Positions 42,789 to 57,348 of a DNA stretch of 64,000 bases are shown in pieces; position 1 is the stretch's first letter, and each line of letters opens with the position of its first letter. Both the position numbers and the translations under genes were made by a program. The stretch comes from Eledone cirrhosa (taxonomy: Eukaryota). The notes below the pieces were generated by a model. The model ran no database searches. It had not been told where the DNA came from and saw only the letters and a program-made list of their open reading frames with translations. Where the stretch lies: positions 29,016,001 through 29,080,000 of the forward strand of contig OZ024759.1 of NCBI GenBank assembly GCA_964016885.1, read 5' to 3'.

Positions 42789-43045
42789 ATATATATATAC
42801 ACACATGCATATTGTGGATACATGTTGAACTATATATACATATAGAGGGTGTCCAAAAAAATGTATACACACTGATTAGAATGCTGTTGAAATGTGCATG
42901 CATTTTTTTGGGGGGGACACTGTATATATATATATATATATATGAAAAAGTAAGACCCCGACGGCAGAGCTCAAGCCGTTTCGATGGCTATTTCTGAGTC
43001 CAGAAATTATATATATATTGGTGTGTGTGTGTGTGTGTGTATATA

Positions 43046-43383
43046 TGGAGGCACATGGCTTAGTGGTAAGAGCATTGGCCTTGCAATCGAAAGGTTGTGA
43101 GTTCAATTCTCAGACCGGGTGATGTGTTGTTTCCTTCAGCAAGACACTTTATTTCACATTGCTCCAGTTTACTCAGCTGTAGAAATGAGATGATAGGGAC
43201 TGGGGTCCCTATCATTCCACTGCAAAGTGGTCGTGGAGGTGCCACGGCAAAAAAGCACCCAGCACTCACTGTAAAATGAGGTTGGTGTTAGGAAGGGCAT
43301 CCAGCTGTAGAAATCAAGCCAGAATCAGTTCCTGTCCCACCCTTGCAAGCAGGGTAAAGTGGACGTAAAATGATGATGATGAT
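43046..43383 (+). mobile_element. tRNA-derived SINE with RTE-like 3' tail and (GAT)n
   Basis: A-box tggcttagtgg, B-box gagttcaattc, tail gttaggaagggcatccagctgtagaaa...ggacgtaaaatgatgat. Related tail at ~57550-57710 (-). Confidence 0.7.
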
Positions 43384-43416
43384 TTATATATATATATATA
43401 TATATATTGATATATA

Positions 43417-43511
<95 letters not shown>

Positions 43512-43830
43512 ATATATATACATACGAATGTGAGGGGAAAGATGAAATTTGTTCTAGAAGTTTCACATCGCATCCATATTTCGTGGGTGCTGCCCCCTCT
43601 TCCCCCCCCTCTCCATTCTCACACTCGGCTCGGCCCAACCTATTATAAATCACACTATACTAAGGAGCTAGGGGTGGCTGGCTGTCTGGTGCAGATAGTG
43701 ATGGTGATGGTGATGGTGATGGTGATGGTTGTGTCTATGGCTATGTTGTTGTTAGGTGACGGTGGAGTTGAGGATGATATTGGGTTAATGAAGGGGGCAA
43801 TATTCGTGATGGTGCAAATGGTGATGTTCT

Positions 43831-44362
43831 GTGGTGGTGGTGGTGGTGGTGGTGTTGTTGTTGTTGGTGGTGGTGGTGGTGGTGGTGGTGTTGTTGTTGT
43901 TGGTGGTGGTGGTGGTGGTGGTGGTGTTGGTTGTTGGTGGTGGTGGTAGTGGTGGTGGTGGTGGTGGTGGTGGTGGTGGTGGTGGTGGTGGTGGTGGTGG
44001 TGGTGGCGGTGGTGTTGTTGTTGTTGGTGGTGGTGGTGGTGGTGGTGGTGTTGGTTGTTGGTGGTGGTGGTGGTGGTGGTGGTGGTGGTGGTGGTGGTGG
44101 TGGTGGTGGTGGTGGTGGTGGTGGTGGTGGTGGTGGTGGTTGTGGTGGTAGTGGTGGTGGTGGTGGTGGTGGTGGTGGTGGCGGTGGTGGTGGTGGTGGT
44201 GGTGGTGGTGGTGGTGGTGGTTGTGGTGGTAGTGGTAGTGGTGGTGGTGGTGGTGGTGGTGGTGGTGGTGGTGGTGGTGGTGGTGGTGGTGGTGGTGGTG
44301 GTGGTGGTGGTTGTGGTGGTAGTGGTGGTGGTGGTGGTGGTGGTGGTGGTGGCGGTGGCGGC
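43831..44362. repeat. (GGT)n trinucleotide tract
   Basis: Direct reading. Confidence 0.95.
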
Positions 44363-44626
44363 ATTCTGGGTTCATTAAAAAATGTAGTACAAAAAGAAAA
44401 GATGTTTTTTTTTTCAAGCACCAGATTGCGTTAAAAAAATAGTCTAAAATGGACATAAATGTAATAAATATACCACCACCATCACCATCACCATCACCAT
44501 CATCATCATCATCATCATTATCATCATCATCATCATCATCGACATCATGATTGTCATTGCCATCATAATCATCACCATTACCACCCACTATCACAATTAT
44601 CATTAATTGACTCATCATCTTTACCA

Positions 44627-47600
44627 AGGTGAGCCAGGTATGACCTAGGGCTAAACAACAACAGCCACTATAGATCATATAACAGCAACTGACTGAGGTG
44701 GACCAGGAATGACCTAGGGCTAAACAACAACAGCTAGTATAGATCATATAACAGCAACTGACTGAGGTGAGCCAGGTATGACCTAGGGCTAAACAACAAC
44801 AGCTAGTATAGATCATATAACAGCAACTGACTGAGGTGGACCAGGAATGACCTAGGGCTAAACAACAACAGCTAGTATAGATCATATAACAGCAACTGAC
44901 TGAGGTGAGCCAGGTATGACCTAGGGCTAAACAACAACAGCCACTATAGATCATATAACAGCAACTGACTGAGGTGGACCAGGAATGACCTAGGGCTAAA
45001 CAACAACAGCCACTATAGATCATATAACAGCAACTGACTGAGGTGAGCCAGGTATGACCTAGGGCTAAACAACAACAGCCACTATAGATCATATAACAGC
45101 AACTGACTGAGGTGGACCAGGAATGACCTAGGGCTAAACAACAACAGCCACTATAGATCATATAACAGTAATTTACTGAGGTGGACCAGGAATGACCTAG
45201 GGCTAAACAACAACAGCCACTATAGATCATATAACAGCAACTGACTGAGGTGGACCAGGAATGACCTAGGGCTAAACAACAACAGCCACTATAGATCATA
45301 TAACAGCAACTGACTGAGGTGAGCCAGGTATGACCTAGGGCTAAACAACAACAGCCGCTATAGATCATATAACAGCAACTGACTGAGGTGGACCAGGAAT
45401 GACCTAGGGCTAAACAACAACAGCCACTATAGATCATATAACAGTAATTTACTGAGGTGGACCAGGAATGACCTAGGGCTAAACAACAACAGCCACTATA
45501 GATCATATAACAGTAATTTACTGAGGTGGACCAGGAATGACCTAGGGCTAAACAACAACAGCCGCTATAGATCATATAACAGCAACTGACTGAGGTGGAC
45601 CAGGAATGACCTAGGGCTAAACAACAACAGCCGCTATAGATCATATAACAGCAACTGACTGAGGTGGACCAGGAATGACCTAGGGCTAAACAACAACAGC
45701 CACTATAGATCATATAACAGCAACTGACTGAGGTGGACCAGGAATGACCTAGGGCTAAACAACAACAGCCGCTATAGATCATATAACAGCAACTGACTGA
45801 GGTGGACCAGGAATGACCTAGGGCTAAACAACAACAGCCGCTATAGATCATATAACAGCAACTGACTGAGGTGGACCAGGAATGACCTAGGGCTAAACAA
45901 CAACAGCCACTATAGATCATATAACAGCAACTGACTGAGGTGGACCAGGAATGACCTAGGGCTAAACAACAACAGCCGCTATAGATCATATAACAGCAAC
46001 TGACTGAGGTGGACCAGGAATGACCTAGGGCTAAACAACAACAGCCGCTATAGATCATATAACAGCAACTGACTGAGGTGGACCAGGAATGACCTAGGGC
46101 TAAACAACAACAGCCGCTATAGATCATATAACAGCAACTGACTGAGGTGGACCAGGAATGACCTAGGGCTAAACAACAACAGCCACTATAGATCATATAA
46201 CAGCAACTGACTGAGGTGGACCAGGAATGACCTAGGGCTAAACAACAACAGCTAGTATAGATCATATAACAGCAACTGACTGAGGTGGACCAGGTATGAC
46301 CTAGGGCTAAACAACAACAGCCACTATAGATCATATAACAGCAACTGACTGAGGTGAGCCAGGTATGACCTAGGGCTAAACAACAACAGCTAGTATAGAT
46401 CATATAACAGCAACTGACTGAGGTGAGCCAGGTATGACCCAGGGCTAAACAACAACAGCCACTATAGATCATATAACAGCAACTGACTGAGGTGGACCAG
46501 GAATGACCCAGGGCTAAACAACAACAGCCACTATAGATCATATAACAGCAACTGACTGAGGTGGACCAGGAATGACCTAGGGCTAAACAACAACAGCTAG
46601 TATAGATCATATAACAGCAACTGACTGAGGTGGACCAGGTATGACCTAGGGCTAAACAACAACAGCCACTATAGATCATATAACAGCAACTGACTGAGGT
46701 GGACCAGGAATGACCTAGGGCTAAACAACAACAGCCACTATAGATCATATAACAGCAACTGACTGAGGTGAGCCAGGTATGACCTAGGGCTAAACAACAA
46801 CAGCTAGTATAGATCATATAACAGCAACTGACTGAGGTGAGCCAGGTATGACCTAGGGCTAAACAACAACAGCCACTATAGATCATATAACAGCAACTGA
46901 CTGAGGTGGACCAGGAATGACCTAGGGCTAAACAACAACAGCCACTATAGATCATATAACAGCAACTGACTGAGGTGGACCAGGAATGACCTAGGGCTAA
47001 ACAACAACAGCCACTATAGATCATATAACAGCAACTGACTGAGGTGGACCAGGAATGACCCAGGGCTAAACAACAACAGCCACTATAGATCATATAACAG
47101 CAACTGACTGAGGTGGACCAGGAATGACCCAGGGCTAAACAACAACAGCCACTATAGATCATATAACAGCAACTGACTGAGGTGGACCAGGAATGACCCA
47201 GGGCTAAACAACAACAGCCGCTATAGATCATATAACAACAACTGACTGAGGTGGACCAGGAATGACCTAGGGCTAAACAACAACAGCCACTATAGATCAT
47301 ATAACAACAACTGACTGAGGTGGACCAGGAATGACCTAGGGCTAAACAACAACAGCCGCTATAGATCATATAACAACAACTGACTGAGGTGGACCAGGAA
47401 TGACCTAGGGCTAAACAACAACAGCCGCTATAGATCATATAACAACAACTGACTGAGGTGGACCAGGAATGACCTAGGGCTAAACAACAACAGCCGCTAT
47501 AGATCATATAACAGCAACTGACTGAGGTGGACCAGGAATGACCCAGGGCTAAACAACAACAGCCGCTATAGATCATATAACAACAACTGACTGAGGTGGA

Positions 47601-47668
47601 CCAGGAATGACCTAGGGCTAAACAACAACAGCCGCTATAGATCATATAACAGCAATTTACTGAGGTGG
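44627..47668. repeat. Tandem array, 69-bp unit, ~44 copies
   Basis: Unit gaggtggaccaggaatgacctagggctaaacaacaacagccactatagatcatataacagcaactgact; no indels seen; a small set of recurrent variants. Confidence 0.98.
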
Positions 47669-47753
47669 CTTTTTCAGTTACGATGCGTAATCAATTAAAT
47701 CTAATTGACTGAATCAACATAATATATTGTGTATATATATGTTTGTGTGTGTG

Positions 47754-47824
<71 letters not shown>

Positions 47825-48235
47825 GTGTGTGTGTGTATATTTATATCAACACATTTACATACAAATATATACATATATGCGTGTGTGTGTGCATGTATCC
47901 ATTCCACAGTGTTCTGATGATCCATCAATGTCAAAAAGAGGACAACAGACTACCACCCCAACCATATATATACACACATACATGTATGTATAATATATAT
48001 GTGTACAACTCCTTATTACACTTCATTACCTCTCTGTTCATTATGTAACTAGATATTATACTACTTACATTGAATTACACACACACGCACACATATATAT
48101 ATATATATATATCATTTAATATCATTGAATATTTACTCCAGTAAACTGTTGAGTGCTCTAAATCAGTTATAAACATTTATATTTGTCGGACTTCCAACAA
48201 ATTAAATAACCCTTCTACTTATATATATATATATA

Positions 48236-48433
48236 TAGGAACGAGTAGGACCCCGACGGCTGAGCTCAAGAAGCCGTTTCGATGGCTAATTCTGGTCCAG
48301 AATTAGCCGTCGAAACGGCTTGACCTCTGCCGTCGGGGTCCTACTCGTTCCTATTACCCACTCTACTACCCTAAGTATTGAGTACCTTGGTGCATTATGG
48401 TCCACTTGGTTCCTTACCACATTTCCTTCGTTA
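48236..48433. mobile_element. Fold-back PLE-like element, family A
   Basis: Arms ~48236-48295/48296-48354; right arm runs through tattgagtac (48376) to cttcgtta(ta)n. Confidence 0.75.
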
Positions 48434-48449
48434 TATATATATATATATA

Positions 48450-48797
48450 TTATTCAAAATGTTAACAAATGAAAAATATTCGCATAATCAAAATATATAC
48501 TTTATTATATATATTTCAAAGGTACTGTGCTGTTTTTTCAGTACGTCCTCATCAGACAAAATATATGATTTGATATATGACATACCGCTACGGTCTTGAT
48601 TATTCAATTCCCGTATTGGCAGCACACTACCTTTGAAATGTATATAATAAAGTATATATTTTGATTATGCAAATATTTTTCATTTGTGAACATTTTGAAT
48701 AATATTAAAAACTCCAGGAAAACTTTCTTGTTGAGTGCTTCTAATCTATTGTAAACCTGTATTCGTTAAGTAATCAACGAACCATATTAATCTTTGG

Positions 48798-48800
<3 letters not shown>
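48450..48800. mobile_element. Family D fold-back element; intact hammerhead on the minus strand (~48498-48563)
   Basis: Minus strand: tattttgt CTGATGA ggacgtactg..cagtaccttt GAAA tatata TA ataaagta. The plus arm restarts inside stem II and runs through ttgagtgc to ttggtta(ta)n. Confidence 0.75.
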
Positions 48801-48835
<35 letters not shown>

Positions 48836-49297
48836 CAATGTGTGTATCTGTGGAGAGGTATGTATATTTAAAGTATGTGTGGATAAATGTGTATGTATAA
48901 ATGTACATAATGTGCGTGCGTGTTTATTTATATACATACATACATACAAAATAAAATCAACAACACACACATTCACAAAATACACCTCATTTACACACAT
49001 AACATTACCCAGGGTAAACCCAGATGCTCTACAAGCACTTTAGCCCCTGCCCCTGCTTACTGCCCATCCTAATAAACCCTTGTTATTTTTCTCCCTCATC
49101 CTCCCACACTTTACTCTTTTCTGATGAGGGATTAACATCCGATACATTGAGGATCTGTAGGGGCCTTGTAGTAACCTTTTAAACCTGGCAGACACTATCC
49201 CTATAAAGGTCTGATCACAACCAATTCCTTCCATGGGGAGAGAGAATGAGAAAGAAATATAGAGGAAAATTGACATTAGTACTTCTTTACCTAACAC

Positions 49298-49800
49298 ATA
49301 ACATGTCTGTACCAGCTCAGTCCTGCACCATTTCTTTACTCAACAGATAGCATGTTGGTACCAACTCAATCCTGCACCGCTACATCCGATTCCTTCTATA
49401 TACTCAACCCAGTGTTGCCCTCCACTTATATCTATTATGTACTCGATCTCTCACTCTTACTACAACTCCACTTTTTTATCCAACAGATAACATGTCTATA
49501 CCAGCTCAGTCCTACACGCATTTCTTTACTCAACAGATAGCATGTTGGTACCAGCTCAATCCTGCACCACTACATCCGATTCCTTCTATATACTCAACCC
49601 AGTGTTGCCCTCCACTTATATCTATTATGTACTCGATCTCTCACTCTTACTACAACTCCACTTTTTTATCCAACAGATAACATGTCTATACCAGCTCAGT
49701 CCTACACTCATTTCTTTACTCAACAGATAGCATGTTGGTACCAGCTCAATCCTGCACCACTACATCCGATTCCTTCTATATACTCACCCAGTTTTGCCCT
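49298..49800. repeat. 190-bp tandem repeat, ~2.7 copies, with internal ~50-bp sub-duplication
   Basis: ataacatgtct(g/a)taccagctcag at 49298, 49488 and 49678. Confidence 0.9.
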
Positions 49801-50771
49801 CGACTTCTTCTTTACCTAACAGCTAACATGTCGGTGCCAGCTCTATCTTTCACCACACCACTCCACTCATGCACACTAAACATTCCACATACACCAGAAC
49901 ATGTCCACTTCATTTCATTTCAGTCTTCTCAGTTTTGCCACCATTACAACATCACACTTCATACACAATCATCACACAACTGACCCCCTCCATTCAGAAA
50001 TGATCCCTTTTGTTACAAGCACAGGTAGTAGCAACACCTTGAAATTTTCCCACCTACTTCTTGCTCAGGCTAACTATGTTTTGCATAATTAGCTACTGCT
50101 AATTAGGTCACGTAGGTAACAATATAACAACAGAGGTTTGCCCTTTCCACCCCTCTATTTTCTGGTTATTACACTTTGATTTAATTAGTCACCACTGCTA
50201 ATTAGGTCACCTAGGTAACATAAAAATGTCAACAAGGGTTATTAACCTTTTCCACTCCATCTGTATTCTAATTATTATGCTTTCATTTAATTAGCCACTG
50301 CTAATTAGGTCACCTAGGTTACACAAGCTGTCAAATATATTTATAGCTAGTAATATAAACCCTAACCCTTTCCTTACAATATATCTAATAAAATGCTTTC
50401 TATGATTTCTAATTGTTTTAATAATCAAAACTTAAGGAGGTTAGAAAAATAAGTTTCTTACTATTATATTGGTGCTTAAAACATAACTTGACACTTTCAT
50501 TACTCTATTTCTATTGTAATTAATTAATAAAGAATGTTGAGAGACATACTAATATTAATTATTTCATTACTATGACAGTAATTAATATAAGTTTCTTATA
50601 TATGTTTGAAAATTTACATTTATATAGGAACCCTTTAAATTGAGTGGTTTTGCTTCATAGTACCAGAGCTGGTTTTGACTGGGTTGGTATCAGACGGGTT
50701 AAGAGAAGGTTCTTATATAGAATTATGGTGGAAGATTAACATTTAAACATGGAACACTTCATAGAACATGA

Positions 50772-51055
50772 GAGGAGTTGGTGGTAAGGGTGTTGGATTT
50801 ACGAACATAATGTTGTGGATTCGATTCCTGACTGGATTGTGTGTTGTGTACTTGAGCAAAACATGTCAATTCATGTCACTCAAGTATACTCAGCTGAAAA
50901 TGACTAACAGCAGTAGCTGAGTGTTAGCCCTGCAATGGACTGGCATCCTGTCCAGGGAGGAATCTTGTACCTCTCGATCGCTTAACGGCATGGAAACTTG
51001 GATAAGCACCAGTTTGGTGAGCCTTTGGGTTCAAGACAAACTTTAGACTTAGACT
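50772..51055 (+). mobile_element. SINE family 2
   Basis: Homologous to 32632-32903. Confidence 0.7.
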
Positions 51056-51606
51056 TCGTGGGGGGGGTCAGGTGTGTTGGTACCAAAAGGGTGAAGGAAA
51101 GGAATGCCATTTCACTGGTGTGTGGGGTTGTTGTTGTTTTTTATCCTGAGCTAAGTAAACACGTCTTTACATCTACATAAGGAATCCTTCTCTGCTCCCG
51201 CAGTGTGTTTTGTGGACCCATAGTTTACATGACATACTCTTTTCCAACATCTATTCTGATGTTTTACAAAGGATATAAGAGGATCTAAAGATAGGTTTTT
51301 TAATCTTTTTGTTATCAAACAACCTGAAACTGTCTCCAATGGAAAACTGTTTATTTTGAAATGTTTATATTTATCTAAAAAAATTCCCATCATAATTTTA
51401 TGTGAGAACTTTTGTTAAGTTTATGTTCCAAACAGTAGCTGAATAAGTTAGTTATAGTAATAAATCCCTCCAATTAAAAATTATAAGCAGTATATTTCAT
51501 TAGAAATATGACAACGAAAGGGTTAAAGTGTTTATATATTTATCTAAAAACCTTCCATCATAATTTTATTTAAGAACTTTTGTCAAGTTATGTTCCAAAC
51601 ACAGCC

Positions 51607-51810
51607 TAACCCTTCAGCATTCACATTACTCTATATATACTATTGTATTTTCATGGTAAAGGCTTTACCTCACATAATATCGAATCTATGAGATTTTGAA
51701 AGTATTTATTTTGAGAACAATACCTTAACACCAGTTTGAGTGACTAGTTACAGCCAGTTTCAACAGAAAGAGGTAGAAAATTCTGGCCGATTTGAACATT
51801 AAAGGGTTAA
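51607..51810. mobile_element. piggyBac-like MITE; second copy ~63060-63237
   Basis: taacccttcagcatt... / ...aaagggttaa ends; the internal sequence is shared between the two copies. Confidence 0.5.
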
Positions 51811-52198
51811 TAATGAGAAAGTTACTCTCCAAATTGTTGATTATTTTCAAAATGATTTGAAAACTACAGAAAGTCTTTCATTAGTGTTGTGTGTGTATGA
51901 AAGCATGTTTTTATTAAAATGTTAAAAATCCTTCCAGTTATTACCACCACCACCACCACCACCACCACTACTACTACTACTACTGCTGCTGCTATCTTTA
52001 TTACAGAAATAATTGCATGTGAAAGTTATGATTTCCCTTTGTTATGGGTTAACCCATTGTGTAAATGTGTGTATGGTGTATATACATCTGTTTGTATGCT
52101 TGTGTGTGTATGATGGTGTATACATGTGTCTGAATGTGGATTATATACTTGTGTATGTATGTGACAATATATGGTTGTGTTTGTGTGTAGCAGTATAT

Positions 52199-52263
<65 letters not shown>

Positions 52264-53740
52264 GTGTTTGTAGTGATATATACTGTGTGTGTGTGTATAT
52301 ATATATATATATGTATATGTATGACTGTGGCAATATATACTGTGTGTGTAGCAGTATGTACATATGTATATATATATATATATATGTATGTGGCAATATA
52401 TAGTGTTTGTGGTGATATATACATGTGTGTGTGTGTGTGTATGTATATGTATATATATATATATCTAGGAGAAGGAAAACTCTGATATAACACCTGCAAC
52501 CCTGATGGTATCCAATGATGTTGACTTGTTCTTCTTTTTGGTAAATATCATCTTGGTTAAGAGAGTGGGACTGGCTTTGTGCAGTGCCTTTTCTCACTAT
52601 AAAAGCTTCACGGCACAGGCATTGCTTTATATCTGGAGATGTCTCTGCACTTGTCGTAGGGTGGTGCCATGGGCCCGGCACTGTGTGTCGGTGGTTGTCA
52701 GAAGTGTGGTGTTTGTGCCAGAGTTTTCAAGTCGCTGGCTGGACTAGGGGGTCACACTCGTTCAGCGCATCCGTAGGGGTTCTCCTACATGGATATAAAG
52801 TAGTGGCCGTACTCGAAAACGAGTTGGCAGCCAACAACATATATATATATATATGTATGTATGTATGTGACAATATATAGTGTTTGTGGTGGTATATATA
52901 TATATATATATGTGTGTGTGTTTGTGGCAATATATAGTGTGTAATGTGGTATGTATATGTGACAATATATAGTGTGTTTGGCAGTATATACATGTGTGTG
53001 TATGTATGTAACAATACATGCTTCTCTATGTGTGTGAGAGTGTGTCCAAACTGACAATTTTCTCAGCTAACTTCCCAATACAATCCACTAACCAATTATT
53101 ATTCTACTTAAAGAAATTCTATTGTTGTTAATATTGCTATTATTCTTAATATCAACATAATTATTATTTTTATTTTTATTTTTATTATTATTATTATTTG
53201 TTCATTTTGTCTTTTCGATGTCATAAAAATCTTTAAACCTCAGATTGGGTGTGAGCTTGTTTACCTGCGTGTGTGTGTGTTGTATGTAAGTTTATAAGTG
53301 TGTATGTGTGCACATATGTATGTATGTATATATAGGTTTATATATGTGTGTATGTGGGTTTATATGTGTGTATATGGGTTTTTATGTGTGTATGTAAGTT
53401 TATATGTGTATATGTGGGTTTATATGTGTGTATGTAAGTTTATATGTGTATGTGGGTTTATCTGTGTGTATGTAAGTTTATATGTGTGTATGTGGGTTTA
53501 TATGTGTGTGTGTGTGTGTGTGTAAGTTTATGTGTATGTATGTAAGTTTATGTGTGTGTATGTAAGTTTATGTGTGAGTGTGAAATATTTTCTCAGTAAA
53601 CAGGCTTATTTTTTCCTTTTCATAATTCCGCTCACACAAGAAAATATATATTTTTACTTTCATAATGTGAGCATATTTCACTTATGTGTGTGTATATATA
53701 TATATATATATGTGTGTGTGTATATATATATGTGTGTGTG

Positions 53741-53783
53741 TGTAATGCAACCATATATATACTTTCTACTTGTGTTATATATA

Positions 53784-53838
<55 letters not shown>

Positions 53839-53874
53839 AATGCAACCATATATGTACTTTCTACTTGTGTTATA

Positions 53875-53929
<55 letters not shown>

Positions 53930-54110
53930 AATGCAACCATATATGTACTTTCTACTTGTGTTATATGTGTGTGTGTGTGTATATATATATATATTTATAT
54001 ATATTTATATATATATATATATATTTATATATATTTATATATACACATATATATATACACACACACATGTGTGTAATGCAACCATATATATACTTTCTAC
54101 TTGTGTTATA

Positions 54111-54112
<2 letters not shown>
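53741..54112. repeat. Four copies of a ~40-bp unique core separated by TG/TA microsatellite
   Basis: gtaatgcaaccatatat(a/g)tactttctacttgtgttatat x4. Confidence 0.85.
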
Positions 54113-54145
<33 letters not shown>

Positions 54146-54156
54146 GTGTGTGTGTG

Positions 54157-54251
<95 letters not shown>

Positions 54252-54358
54252 TTGCAACCACAGTTGAACATTCCAGACAGACAAAGTCTCTGCACAATTC
54301 ATGATTTTCCATTGCTTTTGGCAACTGCTCCCTGCTGAGGTTTGTATTGTCTGGGAAT

Positions 54359-54411
<53 letters not shown>

Positions 54412-54965
54412 TATATTACCATCATCATCATTTGATATTTGTTTTCCCCCTTCGCTAGCAAGGCCAAAGTTTTCGTGGTATGGGGACTGGGTCGACTACA
54501 TATCAGGGTAGGACTCGTTGGTATAGTTAAGTAGTAAAATCACAGCAGAGGGTCTGCTCTGTTGGGACTTTACTAATTATAATAATATAATTATATATCA
54601 CCACATGTTTGCATGGCTTAAATGGGTTGTCATGTCCTAAGGCTAGACAGACAGGTCAGATGACTGTGGTACACTTATAAACTCCATTTTTGTAGAGTTT
54701 CTACAGCTGAGTGCCCTTCCTGGAAACCAGGCCTCAATGGAGCTGTCTTGTTATTGATATACTTTGGGATGGTCATCCTGCCATTAAAAACACCCAAGTT
54801 TCCAGGATACAGAATGTCTACATTATCTTATGGTGGTTGGGGTTTCAAACCTTAGGCAGCATGTATTTGTATTGAGTACTTATGAAACATAATTTGGCTT
54901 TGTACATTACACAGTGCCTTTTTTCCCTTGATCTATTCTTTGGAAACTCTTGGCACTATATACAT

Positions 54966-55021
<56 letters not shown>

Positions 55022-55042
55022 GTGTGTGTGTATATATATATA

Positions 55043-55230
55043 TAATTGTTTCTTCTTTTGGCACAAGGCCAGCAATTATCCAGTGCATTACTGGTACTTT
55101 ATTTTATCGACCCCGTAAGGATGAAAGGCAAAGTCAACCTCGGCGGGATTTGAACTCAGACCGTAAAGGGACGTAACTATGCTGGAAAGCATGGCGTCCG
55201 ACCCTCTACCGATACTGCCAATCCATCGCC
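55043..55230 (-). mobile_element. SINE family 1, full length
   Basis: Near-identical to the 39557 copy. Confidence 0.9.
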
Positions 55231-55455
55231 TTTATATATATATAATATAAGCCTACATGGCATGGCATTGTATGTGATATGAATATATATATATATCTAT
55301 ATATATTTGCTCTACGGTTCTTATATATCTGATATATATTTATCCTTATTGAGCCCTCTTTGGATTTTAGTCTTCAAATTTATTATTATTACTATATATA
55401 TATTTATATATATATATGTATTCATATCACATACAATGCCATGCCATGTAGGCTT

Positions 55456-55510
<55 letters not shown>

Positions 55511-55947
55511 TGGAAATCTTTTTACGAAACGGCCGTCTGGAAGGAAAGAGTTATTTATTTAATAATATTTATTTAATAATGTCTCACCAATTTTCCACGA
55601 AATACTGATTAGTTAGCACCCCCAAACACTAAATTGGGATAATACTTAAGTATATCCTAATGTTTGAGTGAGATGGAATTGGTCGGAGTAAGGCTTTCTC
55701 TGTTTATGTATTATATATATATATAGTGCCAAGATATAAAGAGTTATTGTACCAAGAGTTTCCAAAGAATAGAGCAAGGGAAAAAAAGCATACATTGTAT
55801 TTAAAATTGAGTGACACAACTTCAAGTGATTAGCAATTTTGAGACACCCTAATCAATGAAACAATTGTTAATACTGTAAATAAAACCCCTTTTGTACTGT
55901 TGACTATGTTATTCTTCACTCTTTCACACACACACACACGCACACGC

Positions 55948-55987
<40 letters not shown>

Positions 55988-56423
55988 GACCAAAGATTAA
56001 TATGGTTCGTTGATTACTCAATGAATACAGTTTTACAATAGATTAGAAGCACTCAACAAGAAAGTTTTCCTGGAGTTTTTAATATTATTCAAAATGTTAA
56101 CAAATTAAAAATATTCGCATAATCAAAATATATACTTTATTATATATATTTCAAAGGTACTGTGCTGTTTTTTTATCAGTACGTCCTCATAGACAAAATA
56201 TATGATTTGATATATGACATACCGCTACGGTCTTGATTATTCAATTCCCATACTGCCAATACGGGAATTGAATAATCAAGGCCGTAGCGGTATGTCATAT
56301 ATCAAATCATATATTTTGTCTGATGAGGACGTACTGAAAAAACAGCACAGTACCTTTGAAATATGTATAATAAAGTATATATTTTGATTATGCGGATATT
56401 TTTCATTTGTTAACACCTTGAAT

Positions 56424-56425
<2 letters not shown>
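55988..56425. mobile_element. Family D fold-back element; hammerhead on the plus strand (~56312-56377)
   Basis: Arms ~56085-56250/56259-56425; tattttgt CTGATGA ggacgtactg..cagtaccttt GAAA tatgta TA ataaagta. The minus copy has a 1-nt core deletion. Left arm complete with gcactcaa (56049). Confidence 0.8.
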
Positions 56426-56459
<34 letters not shown>

Positions 56460-56747
56460 TATAGATGGTCTCAAGTGGGAGAAGGTGTGTATAGGAAGTG
56501 ATAAAATATAATTAAGATGTTATCTTTGCGCCTCTTTAAAGTTAATATTTTTATTTGTAAGCAATCTTTTTTCAAGCATTTCAGATCTAAAGAGTGGGAG
56601 GGAGGGAGCGTGATGTCAAGGGGGTACCAACATTCCCCTCACCATAGTTACTATACCCATAGCAATCCCCCCCCCCCCCCCACTGCCAGCCTACTTTCCT
56701 CCTTTGCATCTTATCACTTGGTAATGGAGGGTATTATATATGCGCGC

Positions 56748-56808
<61 letters not shown>

Positions 56809-56905
56809 ATTAAACAAATAATGAACAAACAATTCCTTATATTAAACAAAAAAAGTTCACTATTTAACGATCGTTTCACTACCGTAAACTCTTGGTAGAT
56901 TTATC

Positions 56906-56949
<44 letters not shown>

Positions 56950-57241
56950 TTGGTGGCGGCAGTGGTGGATCTATTGTGTCGGGGTGTGTGTGTGAACGTG
57001 TGCATATATATATATATACATACATATATGTGTGTGTGTGTGCTTGTGTAACATGTATTTATGTATATGGAAGAGCAGATCTAAAATGACGTATGTGGAT
57101 TGGCTGTGGCCATGCTAGGGCAGTACATAATGCGTGTGTATATATCTATATATAGACACACACATATATATTGTTAGGTATGAATGATTGTACCTGTTCA
57201 GAAAACTCAGAATGTGAAACTATATATGTATATATATGTGT

Positions 57242-57306
<65 letters not shown>

Positions 57307-57348
57307 ATAAAACAAACTCACTGTGAGTGTGTTTTATTATTATGGTTT

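Noticed and set aside
43785-47645. 1286-aa ORF as an annotated CDS
   Set aside because: Consists wholly of tandem repeat plus microsatellite; retained only as a finding.
49115-49155. ctgatga-ggat/atcc-gata hammerhead-like motif
   Set aside because: GAUA instead of GAAA, no convincing stem I or III, single copy.
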